Shown: in pieces, positions 1 through 7,195 of the stretch
Position numbering within the stretch: position 1 is the first letter of the stretch
How the letters are laid out: every line of letters starts with the position of its first letter
From: a virus
Direction: 5' to 3' (one strand)
Virus record (IMG/VR): IMGVR_UViG_3300002835_000134
Location: 1 to 64,000 of that record
DNA: 64,000 bases
Notes under the pieces: model-generated
Databases searched by the model: none
What the model saw: the letters and a program-made list of their open reading frames with translations, nothing else
Told to the model about the DNA's origin: nothing
Program-made: the position numbers and the translations under genes

Positions 1-59
1 CGACACGCCCGACCCCGTGCCTTTGCGGGCGGATCACCTTTTGTCAAGGCGACACGCCG
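1..59. repeat. ~60-bp intergenic cassette, copy 1
   Basis: 1-30 identical to 881-910; 41-59 (TTGTCAAGnCGACACGCCG) matches 921-939. Confidence 0.95.
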
Positions 60-63
60 CTAT

Positions 64-162
64 CTATTGATAATCTTTTAGGATTTCCTCAAGCTGATTT
101 ATTTGCTCATCGCTAAGATGATCTAATTGAATTGCTTTTTCAAATCCGAATAAGTCGCTCAT
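64..162 (-). CDS. small early hypothetical protein (32 aa, MSDLFGFEKAIQLD...)
   Basis: Hand-translated; ATGA overlap with upstream ORF stop. Confidence 0.6.
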   Translation of the reverse strand: MSDLFGFEKAIQLDHLSDEQINQLEEILKDYQ

Positions 163-353
163 TCGTTTTCCATTTCTGCTAAATAATCTTCGTGTTCAAT
201 AAGCCCGATTGAAAATGCGATAGGGTCGCAACATTCCAAAATCTCGGCGGGTGTAAAAGTTGAATAGCCAATTTTTACAGTAGGATAAACATCATTTAGT
301 AAATCAATAAAACTTTCTTTTATTTCTAAATCAATTTCAAACTGCGATTTCAT
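159..353 (-). CDS. acidic early hypothetical protein (MKSQFEIDLE...ECCDPIAF)
   Basis: Track ORF 159..401; likely start ATG 353 preceded by GAAAGAGG. Confidence 0.7.
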   Translation of the reverse strand: MKSQFEIDLEIKESFIDLLNDVYPTVKIGYSTFTPAEILECCDPIAFSIGLIEHEDYLAEMENE

Positions 354-489
354 CTGCGACCTCTTTCCATTCAAAACAATAAGAGTCTGAAACAAAAGCA
401 TTTTTCACAACGCTATCAAATAAAGATAACGCCATTTCTTCATCTTCTGCGTCTATGTCTAGCCAAACGCCAAATGTGTATTTTTTCAT
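337..489 (-). CDS. small acidic hypothetical protein (50 aa, MKKYTFGVWLDIDAEDEE...)
   Basis: Hand-translated, ATGA-coupled to the upstream ORF. Confidence 0.6.
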   Translation of the reverse strand: MKKYTFGVWLDIDAEDEEMALSLFDSVVKNAFVSDSYCFEWKEVADEIAV

Positions 490-611
490 TCGAACGCACC
501 TTCCTCTAATAATCCTAATTCGATGTTGAACAATTCATCGGGTGTTGCTTCGGATAAATCTACCCAACCCGCACCCTCGTTATCTATGCGAAAGATTTCT
601 ACATAACCCAT
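486..611 (-). CDS. small acidic hypothetical protein (41 aa, MGYVEIFRIDNEGAGWVDL...)
   Basis: Hand-translated; RBS AAGGAGG upstream. Confidence 0.65.
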   Translation of the reverse strand: MGYVEIFRIDNEGAGWVDLSEATPDELFNIELGLLEEGAFE

Positions 612-740
612 TTAGTCTGCCTCCTTAGTATTGAATAGAGAGGACATCTTATCATTAGCCTCTGACATTGTTGCGATAGCCTTCAATAGGCTTTCCTTGC
701 GTGTGGCTTCTACATAAGCCTTGTATTCATCAAGTGTCAT
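612..740 (-). CDS. small hypothetical protein (42 aa, MTLDEYKAYVEATRKES...)
   Basis: Hand-translated; RBS GAAAGG; promoter directly upstream. Confidence 0.65.
   Translation of the reverse strand: MTLDEYKAYVEATRKESLLKAIATMSEANDKMSSLFNTKEAD
646..668 (-). promoter_or_regulatory. early promoter ATGTCA-N11-TAAGAT (inside ORF)
   Basis: Same geometry as three other copies. Confidence 0.5.
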
Positions 741-772
741 TTTATCGACCTTTCGTTGTTGGTTATAATGGT

Positions 773-801
773 ATTATACACGAGCACCCCGACATTATCA
801 A
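773..801 (-). promoter_or_regulatory. early promoter TTGATA-17-TATAAT containing ATGTCG-N11 element
   Basis: Near-consensus sigmaA boxes with 17-bp spacer. Confidence 0.75.
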
Positions 802-833
802 CACGACACGCCGTATTTCAAGAAATCTTTTTA

Positions 834-849
834 TGTGATAAATCTCACA
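834..849. promoter_or_regulatory. CRP/GlxR-type site TGTGA-N6-TCACA (perfect)
   Basis: tgtga taaatc tcaca; near-matches at 959-974, 1712-1727, 2054-2069. Confidence 0.65.
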
Positions 850-880
850 AAATTCCAGGGGCTCTGTAACGTATCCGTAA

Positions 881-939
881 CGACACGCCCGACCCCGTGC
901 CTTTGCGGGCCAGCTTGACTTTGTCAAGCCGACACGCCG
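881..939. repeat. ~60-bp intergenic cassette, copy 2
   Basis: See copy 1. Confidence 0.95.
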
Positions 940-944
940 TAGCG

Positions 945-1055
945 TTAGCGTAATTTATTGTGAATTAGATCACGAATTACTAGGCGTAGCATAATTAGGG
1001 CGGGGATACCGATACCTAATTGGACTAGCGTAGTTAGTATGCGATTAGTAGTCAT
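945..1055 (-). CDS. small membrane protein (36 aa, MTTNRILTTLVQLGIGIPALIML...)
   Basis: Hand-translated; hydrophobic stretch; ATGA coupling. Confidence 0.55.
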   Translation of the reverse strand: MTTNRILTTLVQLGIGIPALIMLRLVIRDLIHNKLR

Positions 1056-1207
1056 TTACGATTACTCCATTTCTTATAAGCCTTATACGCTACTACCGCT
1101 AGGGCAGTAAGAATAATAGTGTGCCAAGGTAGATAGATAGCCCCTAAGAAACTATCTAACTCTAATCCGTAGTCGTTTAGTTCTAATAGTATTCCGCTTA
1201 TTGTCAT
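1052..1207 (-). CDS. small membrane protein (51 aa, ...IYLPWHTIILTALAVVAYKAYKKW)
   Basis: Hand-translated; one TM segment with basic tail. Confidence 0.6.
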   Translation of the reverse strand: MTISGILLELNDYGLELDSFLGAIYLPWHTIILTALAVVAYKAYKKWSNRK

Positions 1208-1209
1208 TA

Positions 1210-1392
1210 TTAGTTATCCCAACTTAGTGCGAATACTTTTGCTAGTTCCTCATCATCAACATCATCAAAGTCATCAACGGGAGGTTGCTCCTCATCTACC
1301 TCATCAAGGTAAGCGTATGCGTCCGATATATCGGATTGGATTGACTCATATTTATCTATTGAGTTAGTTTTGTAAGAGTATGCGTATGACAT
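1210..1392 (-). CDS. highly acidic hypothetical protein
   Basis: Track ORF, D/E-rich. Confidence 0.65.
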   Translation of the reverse strand: MSYAYSYKTNSIDKYESIQSDISDAYAYLDEVDEEQPPVDDFDDVDDEELAKVFALSWDN

Positions 1393-1541
1393 TAGTTTTG
1401 TTCTACCTTTCTCATATGTGCTACAACATTTTTAGAAACCTTTTGTAAGTCGCTTACTACCTTTAGCATTTCATCTGCGCTAGTAGCGGTAAAGAAGCCG
1501 AGGAATTGTGCCCCGTCCCATAGTGAGTATGTGATTGTCAT
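1392..1541 (-). CDS. hypothetical protein (MTITYSLWDG...)
   Basis: Track ORF 1392..1604; likely start ATG 1541 after GAAAAGGA. Confidence 0.65.
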   Translation of the reverse strand: MTITYSLWDGAQFLGFFTATSADEMLKVVSDLQKVSKNVVAHMRKVEQN

Positions 1542-1580
1542 TTTATTTTCTATCCTTTTCGTTAGTTGGTTATTTGGTTG

Positions 1581-1634
1581 AGAGCGATTATTTGCTAGGC
1601 TCACCTTTCGGATTATTTGCTAGGCTCACGCTCT
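1581..1634 (-). ncRNA. candidate symmetric structured leader RNA
   Basis: AGAGCG-[17 nt]-CC GAAA GG-[same 17 nt]-CGCUCU between promoter and RBS. Confidence 0.5.
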
Positions 1635-1661
1635 AATTCTTTATTTAATTTGTATGTCGTA

Positions 1662-1692
1662 AGACTATCACGACCTACTGACATCTAGACCC
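1662..1692 (-). promoter_or_regulatory. early promoter GGGTCTAGATGTCA-N11-TAGTCT
   Basis: Shares GGGTCTAnATGTCAGT with the 1984-2014 promoter. Confidence 0.65.
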
Positions 1693-1717
1693 ATTTGGGG
1701 CTAGTGTCGTGTGTGAT

Positions 1718-1927
1718 TTATACCACACAAGGCTCAATGGTAAAGTCCTCGTCATTTCCGACATAGACCTCGCCCTTGCCGTGGCAATTTGAGCAATAGG
1801 TAGGGAGAGAGAATAAGTGTTTTAGCAACGCCTTTCGCTCATAGGTAGTCAATTCGGGGTGGTTAGACTTCACGCCCCCGTGTTGATATTCATAGACAAT
1901 TTTGTCTAGTGTATTTTGAGTGAGCAT
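1718..1927 (-). CDS. hypothetical protein with CxxCxGxG motif
   Basis: Track ORF; RBS GAAAGGAG. Confidence 0.7.
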   Translation of the reverse strand: MLTQNTLDKIVYEYQHGGVKSNHPELTTYERKALLKHLFSLPTYCSNCHGKGEVYVGNDEDFTIEPCVV

Positions 1928-1983
1928 TTGATTGCTCCTTTCTTTAGCGGATTTCTTTACCGCTTGTTTTTCTTTATATATTT

Positions 1984-2014
1984 AGTCTAGCAGGGGGGAC
2001 TGACATTTAGACCC
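1984..2014 (-). promoter_or_regulatory. early promoter GGGTCTAAATGTCA-N11-TAGACT
   Basis: Motif shared with 1662-1692. Confidence 0.65.
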
Positions 2015-2189
2015 CTATTCTCGGGCGTGTCGGAATTTATTTTAGAATAACCCTGTGAGATAGGACACACTCACGCTCAATATGGGCGGACTATCCATTT
2101 TGTCCGATTTTGATTTATATGTGTATCGTACAAATTAAAAATATATTAACATTTTCTGAAATCTAAAAAAGCAGTTGATCAAAAAAAGC

Positions 2190-2217
2190 TTGACATCGAA
2201 AATATAAATAGTATAAT
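2190..2217 (+). promoter_or_regulatory. sigmaA-type promoter TTGACA-16-TATAAT
   Basis: Perfect hexamers in AT-rich divergent intergenic region. Confidence 0.7.
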
Positions 2218-2316
2218 TTTTCTAGGGGGGTCGGGGGGTCAGCAAATCAATAAATAATAAATATTAATATATATAAGACCTAAGACCTAAGATCAAGTGA
2301 ATAGTATAATATAAAT

Positions 2317-2994
2317 ATGGCAAAAATTAAAGCTTATTTAATAGGGGACTGTCAATCCAATAGAATTTACGAACACTATAATGGAGACGGATCAATGCTT
2401 GATTTGTACTTATGGGGCAAAGGTGGACAGAGTGCCTGGAACTTCAACCCACAAAAATTTAAAAAGACAGAGATGCTTGGATCTGGTTTAGAGCATGGCG
2501 TGAATAAGACATACAAACCATTTTCATTTTCTTTAATAGAGAACAAGCCAGAAAATCTTATAATAGCTTGGTTTGGATATATTGATTGCAAGTACAAGAT
2601 ACACTTAGCAGGCGGGGATACCGAAAAGACAGCTTATAAATATCTTGAATCATTAAAGAGAGAATACAATGAGGCAACTATATTATTGATAGAGCCATTA
2701 CCTCAATTCATAGAAGATATCTATATAGAGTCAGAAAAAATCCCAGTATTTGGATACGATATTCGTAGGCCTATAGAATTAGAATTTTGTCATCATCTAA
2801 AAAAGTTTGCAAAAGACTTTGGCATAACTGATTATATAACTCAAGAAGAGATCCTAGAAGCAGTTGGCTTGCCAGTATTGAGATTAAAAGATACTCCAAA
2901 CGATAGAGTTATAGAAATTGATGGATTAAAGCCACATCATAATTTAGCTATCTATAATTTAATAATTCAGAAATGTATGAAGATAATATCCTAG
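2317..2994 (+). CDS. SGNH/GDSL-like hypothetical protein
   Basis: LIGDC block, WFGYID, C-terminal DGLKPH; leaderless TATAAT-N6-ATG. Confidence 0.55.
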   Translation: MAKIKAYLIGDCQSNRIYEHYNGDGSMLDLYLWGKGGQSAWNFNPQKFKKTEMLGSGLEHGVNKTYKPFSFSLIENKPENLIIAWFGYIDCKYKIHLAGGDTEKTAYKYLESLKREYNEATILLIEPLPQFIEDIYIESEKIPVFGYDIRRPIELEFCHHLKKFAKDFGITDYITQEEILEAVGLPVLRLKDTPNDRVIEIDGLKPHHNLAIYNLIIQKCMKIIS

Positions 2995-3022
2995 TTGACT
3001 ACAATTATGGTATACTAGTGAT

Positions 3023-3142
3023 ATGAAATGTAACTTTTGCGATAATCCAAAATACATAGAGCGTATGAACTCTAAAGGCGTACTTGAAAATTTTTGTCAG
3101 AGTTGTATTACAAAATTAATTAGCGGGAACCGAGTAAGTTGA
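3023..3142 (+). CDS. small Zn-finger protein (CNFC...CQSC)
   Basis: Hand-translated; TGGTATACT-N6-ATG. Confidence 0.6.
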   Translation: MKCNFCDNPKYIERMNSKGVLENFCQSCITKLISGNRVS

Positions 3143-3236
3143 GCTGGATACAGGCATCAGTTATATTTGGACCAATAATAATATTGATCATTGCATTTTG
3201 GGATGATATAAAATAAAGCAGTTGACTAGGATATAT

Positions 3237-3380
3237 ATGAAGAAATTATCAGCATTAGTAAGTACCATTGCGATAGCAATCCTTTCAGGAGTTGCATTGT
3301 CTAAATTTTTAAATTGGGCGGGACATCAAGAAATCTTTGATTTCGACCTAGATGAAGATATAGATAATGAGGATGTCTAG
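3237..3380 (+). CDS. small membrane protein with acidic tail
   Basis: Hand-translated MKKLSALVSTIAIAILSGVAL... Confidence 0.55.
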   Translation: MKKLSALVSTIAIAILSGVALSKFLNWAGHQEIFDFDLDEDIDNEDV

Positions 3381-3702
3381 GTCAATACTCTGGCTATCTT
3401 GGATTCCAGGAACATACTCAATAATATACAATATGGTAAATAGGGACGAATCGGACAAGCTAGCGAAATATCTAGCCGATGTGAGATATCAAGAAAATAA
3501 TTATTTTGAAGCTAACAATCTTATGGCTAGGTCTTCGCTAGAATGGGTCATAAAGGGCCTTAAGAGCCGATTAGAGACTTGTATGAACGCAGAGTCAGGG
3601 GTATGTGACCTATGGTACTTAGAATCCCATTCTGACTGTTTATTACTAATGAATCTAATATATGAATATAGTGGAGATCCCCTGTATGATGCTAAATTAT
3701 AA
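3367..3702 (+). CDS. hypothetical protein (start may be ATG 3433)
   Basis: Track ORF. Confidence 0.55.
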   Translation: MRMSRSILWLSWIPGTYSIIYNMVNRDESDKLAKYLADVRYQENNYFEANNLMARSSLEWVIKGLKSRLETCMNAESGVCDLWYLESHSDCLLLMNLIYEYSGDPLYDAKL

Positions 3703-3778
3703 AATGGGTTCTTCTACCGCCGCCGCACTTCAATTTTTTCACTTTCGCACTATTTGCCCATTATGGTATTATTTATAA

Positions 3779-4288
3779 ATGAATAGTTTAATATTAACTT
3801 TTCCAAGATGCGGATCATTCTATCTGCAACAACTTATTCATCAAAATTCTGGAATCATGCTTCCAAAAAGCCATATCATAGAAGGGTCTGATAAAAAAGA
3901 TTTAATATCTATCATTAGGAATCCACAAGACTCTATTAAGTCTATGATTTCGATGGAAATGCATTACAATAAAGATTACAGATTTAACTTAAAAGATATA
4001 GAAAGATCTTATATAGAAATGAATGATTATTTAACTAATAATAATGCATTATTGATTAGGTACGAAGACTTACTAGACAAGCCACAAGAAATAACAAAAA
4101 GAGTTTGTAGGTTTTTAGGTAAAGAGATTTTAAGTGTTAACTACGTTAACGTTCTAAAAGACATTAAAGAAGACAATCACTTGGTATCCAGCAAAGACTC
4201 TAAATATTATCTACTTGTAGACATAAAAAAAGAAGATTTAGTTGATGCCAACGAGTCCTATTTTAAAACTTTAGAAAAATGTATTTAG
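3779..4288 (+). CDS. sulfotransferase-like P-loop protein
   Basis: TFPRCGS (5'-PSB-like), IIRNPQD, IRYEDL motifs. Confidence 0.75.
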   Translation: MNSLILTFPRCGSFYLQQLIHQNSGIMLPKSHIIEGSDKKDLISIIRNPQDSIKSMISMEMHYNKDYRFNLKDIERSYIEMNDYLTNNNALLIRYEDLLDKPQEITKRVCRFLGKEILSVNYVNVLKDIKEDNHLVSSKDSKYYLLVDIKKEDLVDANESYFKTLEKCI

Positions 4289-4302
4289 TCCTAATATATC
4301 TT

Positions 4303-4854
4303 TTATTTTTTTATTAAGCATATACCTTGACCTCTTAGCTCAATTTCTGTAATGTCATTAAAAAAGTCTCTAACTGCTTTTTCGGCACCGTATGAGAAAC
4401 CTTCATGAAAATTAGTTATTACCCAACCTCCAGGAATAACCTTATCCCAAAAGAATTCTAAAGAATCCTTTGTCGGTTGATATAAACTTAGGTCTAAATG
4501 TAGCAATGCTATAGGTCTATCTTTTATCTCGTTAAATCTAGATGGTATCCATCCTTTATAAAAATAAATATTTTTATATTCTGATAAAACATTTTTGCAT
4601 ACATCAATTTCAGACTTCCAGGTAAGCTCTTTGTATATAGGGTTATCGAATTCTCCTACTTCAGAAAGCCCTTCCCATGAATCAAATAGGTGAAGATCTT
4701 TTTTACAATGCTTTGCTAATTTTTCTGCAGATGATCCAGTCCAGCTACCACACTCTACAAAATCACCATCAGGAATAGAGAGATTTAATAATGTTGCATC
4801 AAACTCTAATGCCCATTCTTTATTTACCGTAGGGTATGTAATTCTATTTACCAG
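4303..4854 (-). CDS. TylF/MycF-family O-methyltransferase, non-canonical (CTG or ATT) start
   Basis: Frame open well upstream of track ORF: GDFVECGSWTG, FDSWEG, KGWIP, HLDLSLY. Confidence 0.75.
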   Translation of the reverse strand: MVNRITYPTVNKEWALEFDATLLNLSIPDGDFVECGSWTGSSAEKLAKHCKKDLHLFDSWEGLSEVGEFDNPIYKELTWKSEIDVCKNVLSEYKNIYFYKGWIPSRFNEIKDRPIALLHLDLSLYQPTKDSLEFFWDKVIPGGWVITNFHEGFSYGAEKAVRDFFNDITEIELRGQGICLIKK

Positions 4855-5668
4855 CTCTGTTTTCTAGTTCGTCTCTTAGTTTATCTTGAGCAGTAGTACG
4901 CTCCTGGATCATGTCGGCAAATTGAGGGTTAACTCTAAACGGAGAGTTCCAGTCATTTAGCTGTCTTTCAGTAGGATTTTCATGTCTTCCTATCTGCTCT
5001 TCCCATTCAGGGGTTTTGTAATTATAGAATGTTCCTGGATTGTCCTCTGCAAGTAACGCAAAAGTTGAAAATGCGTATCTGGTTCCAGAAAGAGTTTCCA
5101 TTGTTCCGTGATCGTATGGAGAGCAAGCTCCATGTAAAACTATGTCTCCAGGCTTTACTGGAACGATTAAGCACGGCTCTGCCATTTTTGCTTCATCTAT
5201 TCTTAGGTTGCCAGTCTTTTCTGTGCCGTCTGGATTTATGTTTGGATAGTATAGTTCTCCGCCAGTAAAGTCTCCAATGTATGCAATCATTCCATACTCT
5301 AGTTCACAACAAGTTGACCATTGATCAATTTCCAATAATAGGTGACAGTTTCCTTTTCCAGGGCTATCGGTATGTACAAACATTCCTTCGTCTCCAGGAC
5401 CAGTAACCATAAGGTTCCTTACTGGGTGAATAACAATTTCAGGGTGTATCAATTCAGACATGAACTTCCAAAGAGGGAAGGTCTCTTTAAATGGAGGGCT
5501 CATCTTGTCTGCATACCAGTCTCTAACGCTCCACAAATTTGGGTTAGAGTGTCTTTCAAATTCTTGTCCTCTAGCGTATACCGCATCGTAGATATCTTTT
5601 GGAATTACATTTTCAAATTTGTATATTCTTGGAGCTAACTTTATACAGCGTGGATCGTCATAAAACAT
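4844..5668 (-). CDS. 2OG-Fe(II) oxygenase, prolyl-hydroxylase-like
   Basis: HTD...DFTGGEL...H...GTRY. Confidence 0.85.
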   Translation of the reverse strand: MFYDDPRCIKLAPRIYKFENVIPKDIYDAVYARGQEFERHSNPNLWSVRDWYADKMSPPFKETFPLWKFMSELIHPEIVIHPVRNLMVTGPGDEGMFVHTDSPGKGNCHLLLEIDQWSTCCELEYGMIAYIGDFTGGELYYPNINPDGTEKTGNLRIDEAKMAEPCLIVPVKPGDIVLHGACSPYDHGTMETLSGTRYAFSTFALLAEDNPGTFYNYKTPEWEEQIGRHENPTERQLNDWNSPFRVNPQFADMIQERTTAQDKLRDELENRAGK

Positions 5669-5808
5669 TATTTCTTCTTTCTCTTAAATAATTTTTTTAA
5701 AAAGTTTTCAATTTTTGCTTCTAACTTACCAGCATGACTATCCTCTTTATAATGACGGGATCGAAAGTACGGGCTCTGCATAGCTTTGGAAAAATGATCT
5801 CTTGCCAT
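5668..5808 (-). CDS. small basic protein (46 aa, MARDHFSKAMQSPYF...)
   Basis: RBS AGGAGG; TGGTATAAT at 5844-5836. Confidence 0.65.
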   Translation of the reverse strand: MARDHFSKAMQSPYFRSRHYKEDSHAGKLEAKIENFLKKLFKRKKK

Positions 5809-5855
5809 GATTAACCTCCTAAAAGATGTTAATTAATTATACCACTAAAAGCATT

Positions 5856-5938
5856 AGAAAACCCCTAATCAGAGGCGGATCCGATTAGGGGTTTAAGGAC
5901 TTTCGCCCTATACAGGGAGTACGAATACTCAACCTGAA
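5856..5938 (-). ncRNA. candidate small RNA (three hairpins, intrinsic terminator)
   Basis: Own promoter; UUCG and GAAA tetraloop hairpins; 14-bp terminator stem with U tail; no ORF. Confidence 0.65.
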
Positions 5939-5943
5939 TACTA

Positions 5944-5972
5944 AGTGTATATTTAATGCCTTACAAAGTCAA
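5944..5972 (-). promoter_or_regulatory. promoter TTGACT-17-TACACT driving the candidate sRNA
   Basis: Near-consensus boxes, 17-bp spacer. Confidence 0.7.
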
Positions 5973-5975
5973 GCA

Positions 5976-6599
5976 TTATTTCCAAACTAGGCCTTGTCCA
6001 GTAGGTAGCTCTAATATTTTATCTTTACCAAAAAAATCATCCATTGCTTTTCTTGCACCAATAGTTTTATATGAACCATAATCGTCACAAATAATAACGC
6101 CACCAGGAACAATTTTTGGCCAGAAATAGTTTATTGAGTCTTTTGTAGGTTCGTATAAATCAACATCAATATGAACATAAGAATAGTTCAGGGGTTCTAT
6201 TTTTTCAAAAACATCAGGTATCCATCCAGCATATAGCTCTGGGCTTCTGCATCCTTCTAGGATAAGTTTGGCTCTGTCGATTGGAATTTCTAGTTTAACT
6301 GTTTTAAAGTAATCAGTATCAAATTCTCCAGGCTCTGAAACTCCTTCAAAAGAATCTATTCCTATAAATCTTTTATCACACAAGTCTTGAACAAAATACA
6401 TTGACATTCCTGCATATACACCGCACTCCGCAAAATTTGCATGAAGCTTTGCCTGTTGAATTGCTATTTGTCTTAGAACATACAGCCTTCCATAAAAAGG
6501 GCTATTTATATCATTAGACATATTAGCCTTTTTGTTTAATGCATCGTGAATAGATGTAAATACGGGGTCGTCAACCCATCTTGCTACAGATGATTCCAA
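5976..6599 (-). CDS. TylF/MycF-family O-methyltransferase
   Basis: AECGVYAG, DSFEG, HIDVDLY, PGGVIICDDY. Confidence 0.9.
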   Translation of the reverse strand: MESSVARWVDDPVFTSIHDALNKKANMSNDINSPFYGRLYVLRQIAIQQAKLHANFAECGVYAGMSMYFVQDLCDKRFIGIDSFEGVSEPGEFDTDYFKTVKLEIPIDRAKLILEGCRSPELYAGWIPDVFEKIEPLNYSYVHIDVDLYEPTKDSINYFWPKIVPGGVIICDDYGSYKTIGARKAMDDFFGKDKILELPTGQGLVWK

Positions 6600-6806
6600 T
6601 TACTCTTCTGTTCCTATTAATTGCCAGCTAGGATGATGTGTAACCATTCCTCTAATTGCTAAGCACTCTTCTTCAGAATTTGCAGTAACGATAAGCTTTG
6701 CATTTATGCCATTAGGAAATTCTTCTGACCTGTCTAGGCCGTTAGCATTTTCCCTAAAGGTTTGTAATACAACTTCTGTAATTGGCTCAAATATATATTT
6801 AGTCAT
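6600..6806 (-). CDS. hypothetical protein
   Basis: Track ORF in tightly packed operon. Confidence 0.65.
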   Translation of the reverse strand: MTKYIFEPITEVVLQTFRENANGLDRSEEFPNGINAKLIVTANSEEECLAIRGMVTHHPSWQLIGTEE

Positions 6807-6987
6807 TTATAATACCCTTTTCTAAAAGAACGTCATATAGAGCAATTGCAATAACCTTAAAAGATTCATTGCCCTGTTCCATATATACCTTCTGATCTTC
6901 TTCCGATGTACCAGCTCTAGAATATAGATCCTTCATCGTATCGATTATCGAATTCAACATTATGTCTAATGTATCTTGTCTACTCAT
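6799..6987 (-). CDS. hypothetical protein (MSRQDTLDIML...)
   Basis: Track ORF 6799..7023; start chosen after AGGAG. Confidence 0.65.
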   Translation of the reverse strand: MSRQDTLDIMLNSIIDTMKDLYSRAGTSEEDQKVYMEQGNESFKVIAIALYDVLLEKGIIND

Positions 6988-7195
6988 TTGTTTCTCCTGG
7001 ATTATAAGAAGGCGACGGCCCAAGTAAGTAACCCGCCTGATGATATTCTACCATTTTAGCAGTATCTTCGCTACCAGCTAATTTATTAGATATCAAAGTC
7101 AATATGTCATATATTCTATGAAGCATGATATACGAGACCATAGGGAGATTGTCCTCTAAGTTGCTTGTATTTTCGTTATTCTGGTCTTCCTGCAT
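6980..7195 (-). CDS. hypothetical protein
   Basis: Track ORF. Confidence 0.65.
   Translation of the reverse strand: MQEDQNNENTSNLEDNLPMVSYIMLHRIYDILTLISNKLAGSEDTAKMVEYHQAGYLLGPSPSYNPGETNE

Noticed and set aside
1-939. CRISPR repeats or att sites from the 60-bp cassettes
   Set aside because: Only two copies 880 bp apart with genes between; no integrase in the window.
5856-5938. tRNA or tmRNA identity for the hairpin cluster
   Set aside because: No cloverleaf, TTC loop or CCA; no tRNA recognised anywhere in the window by eye.
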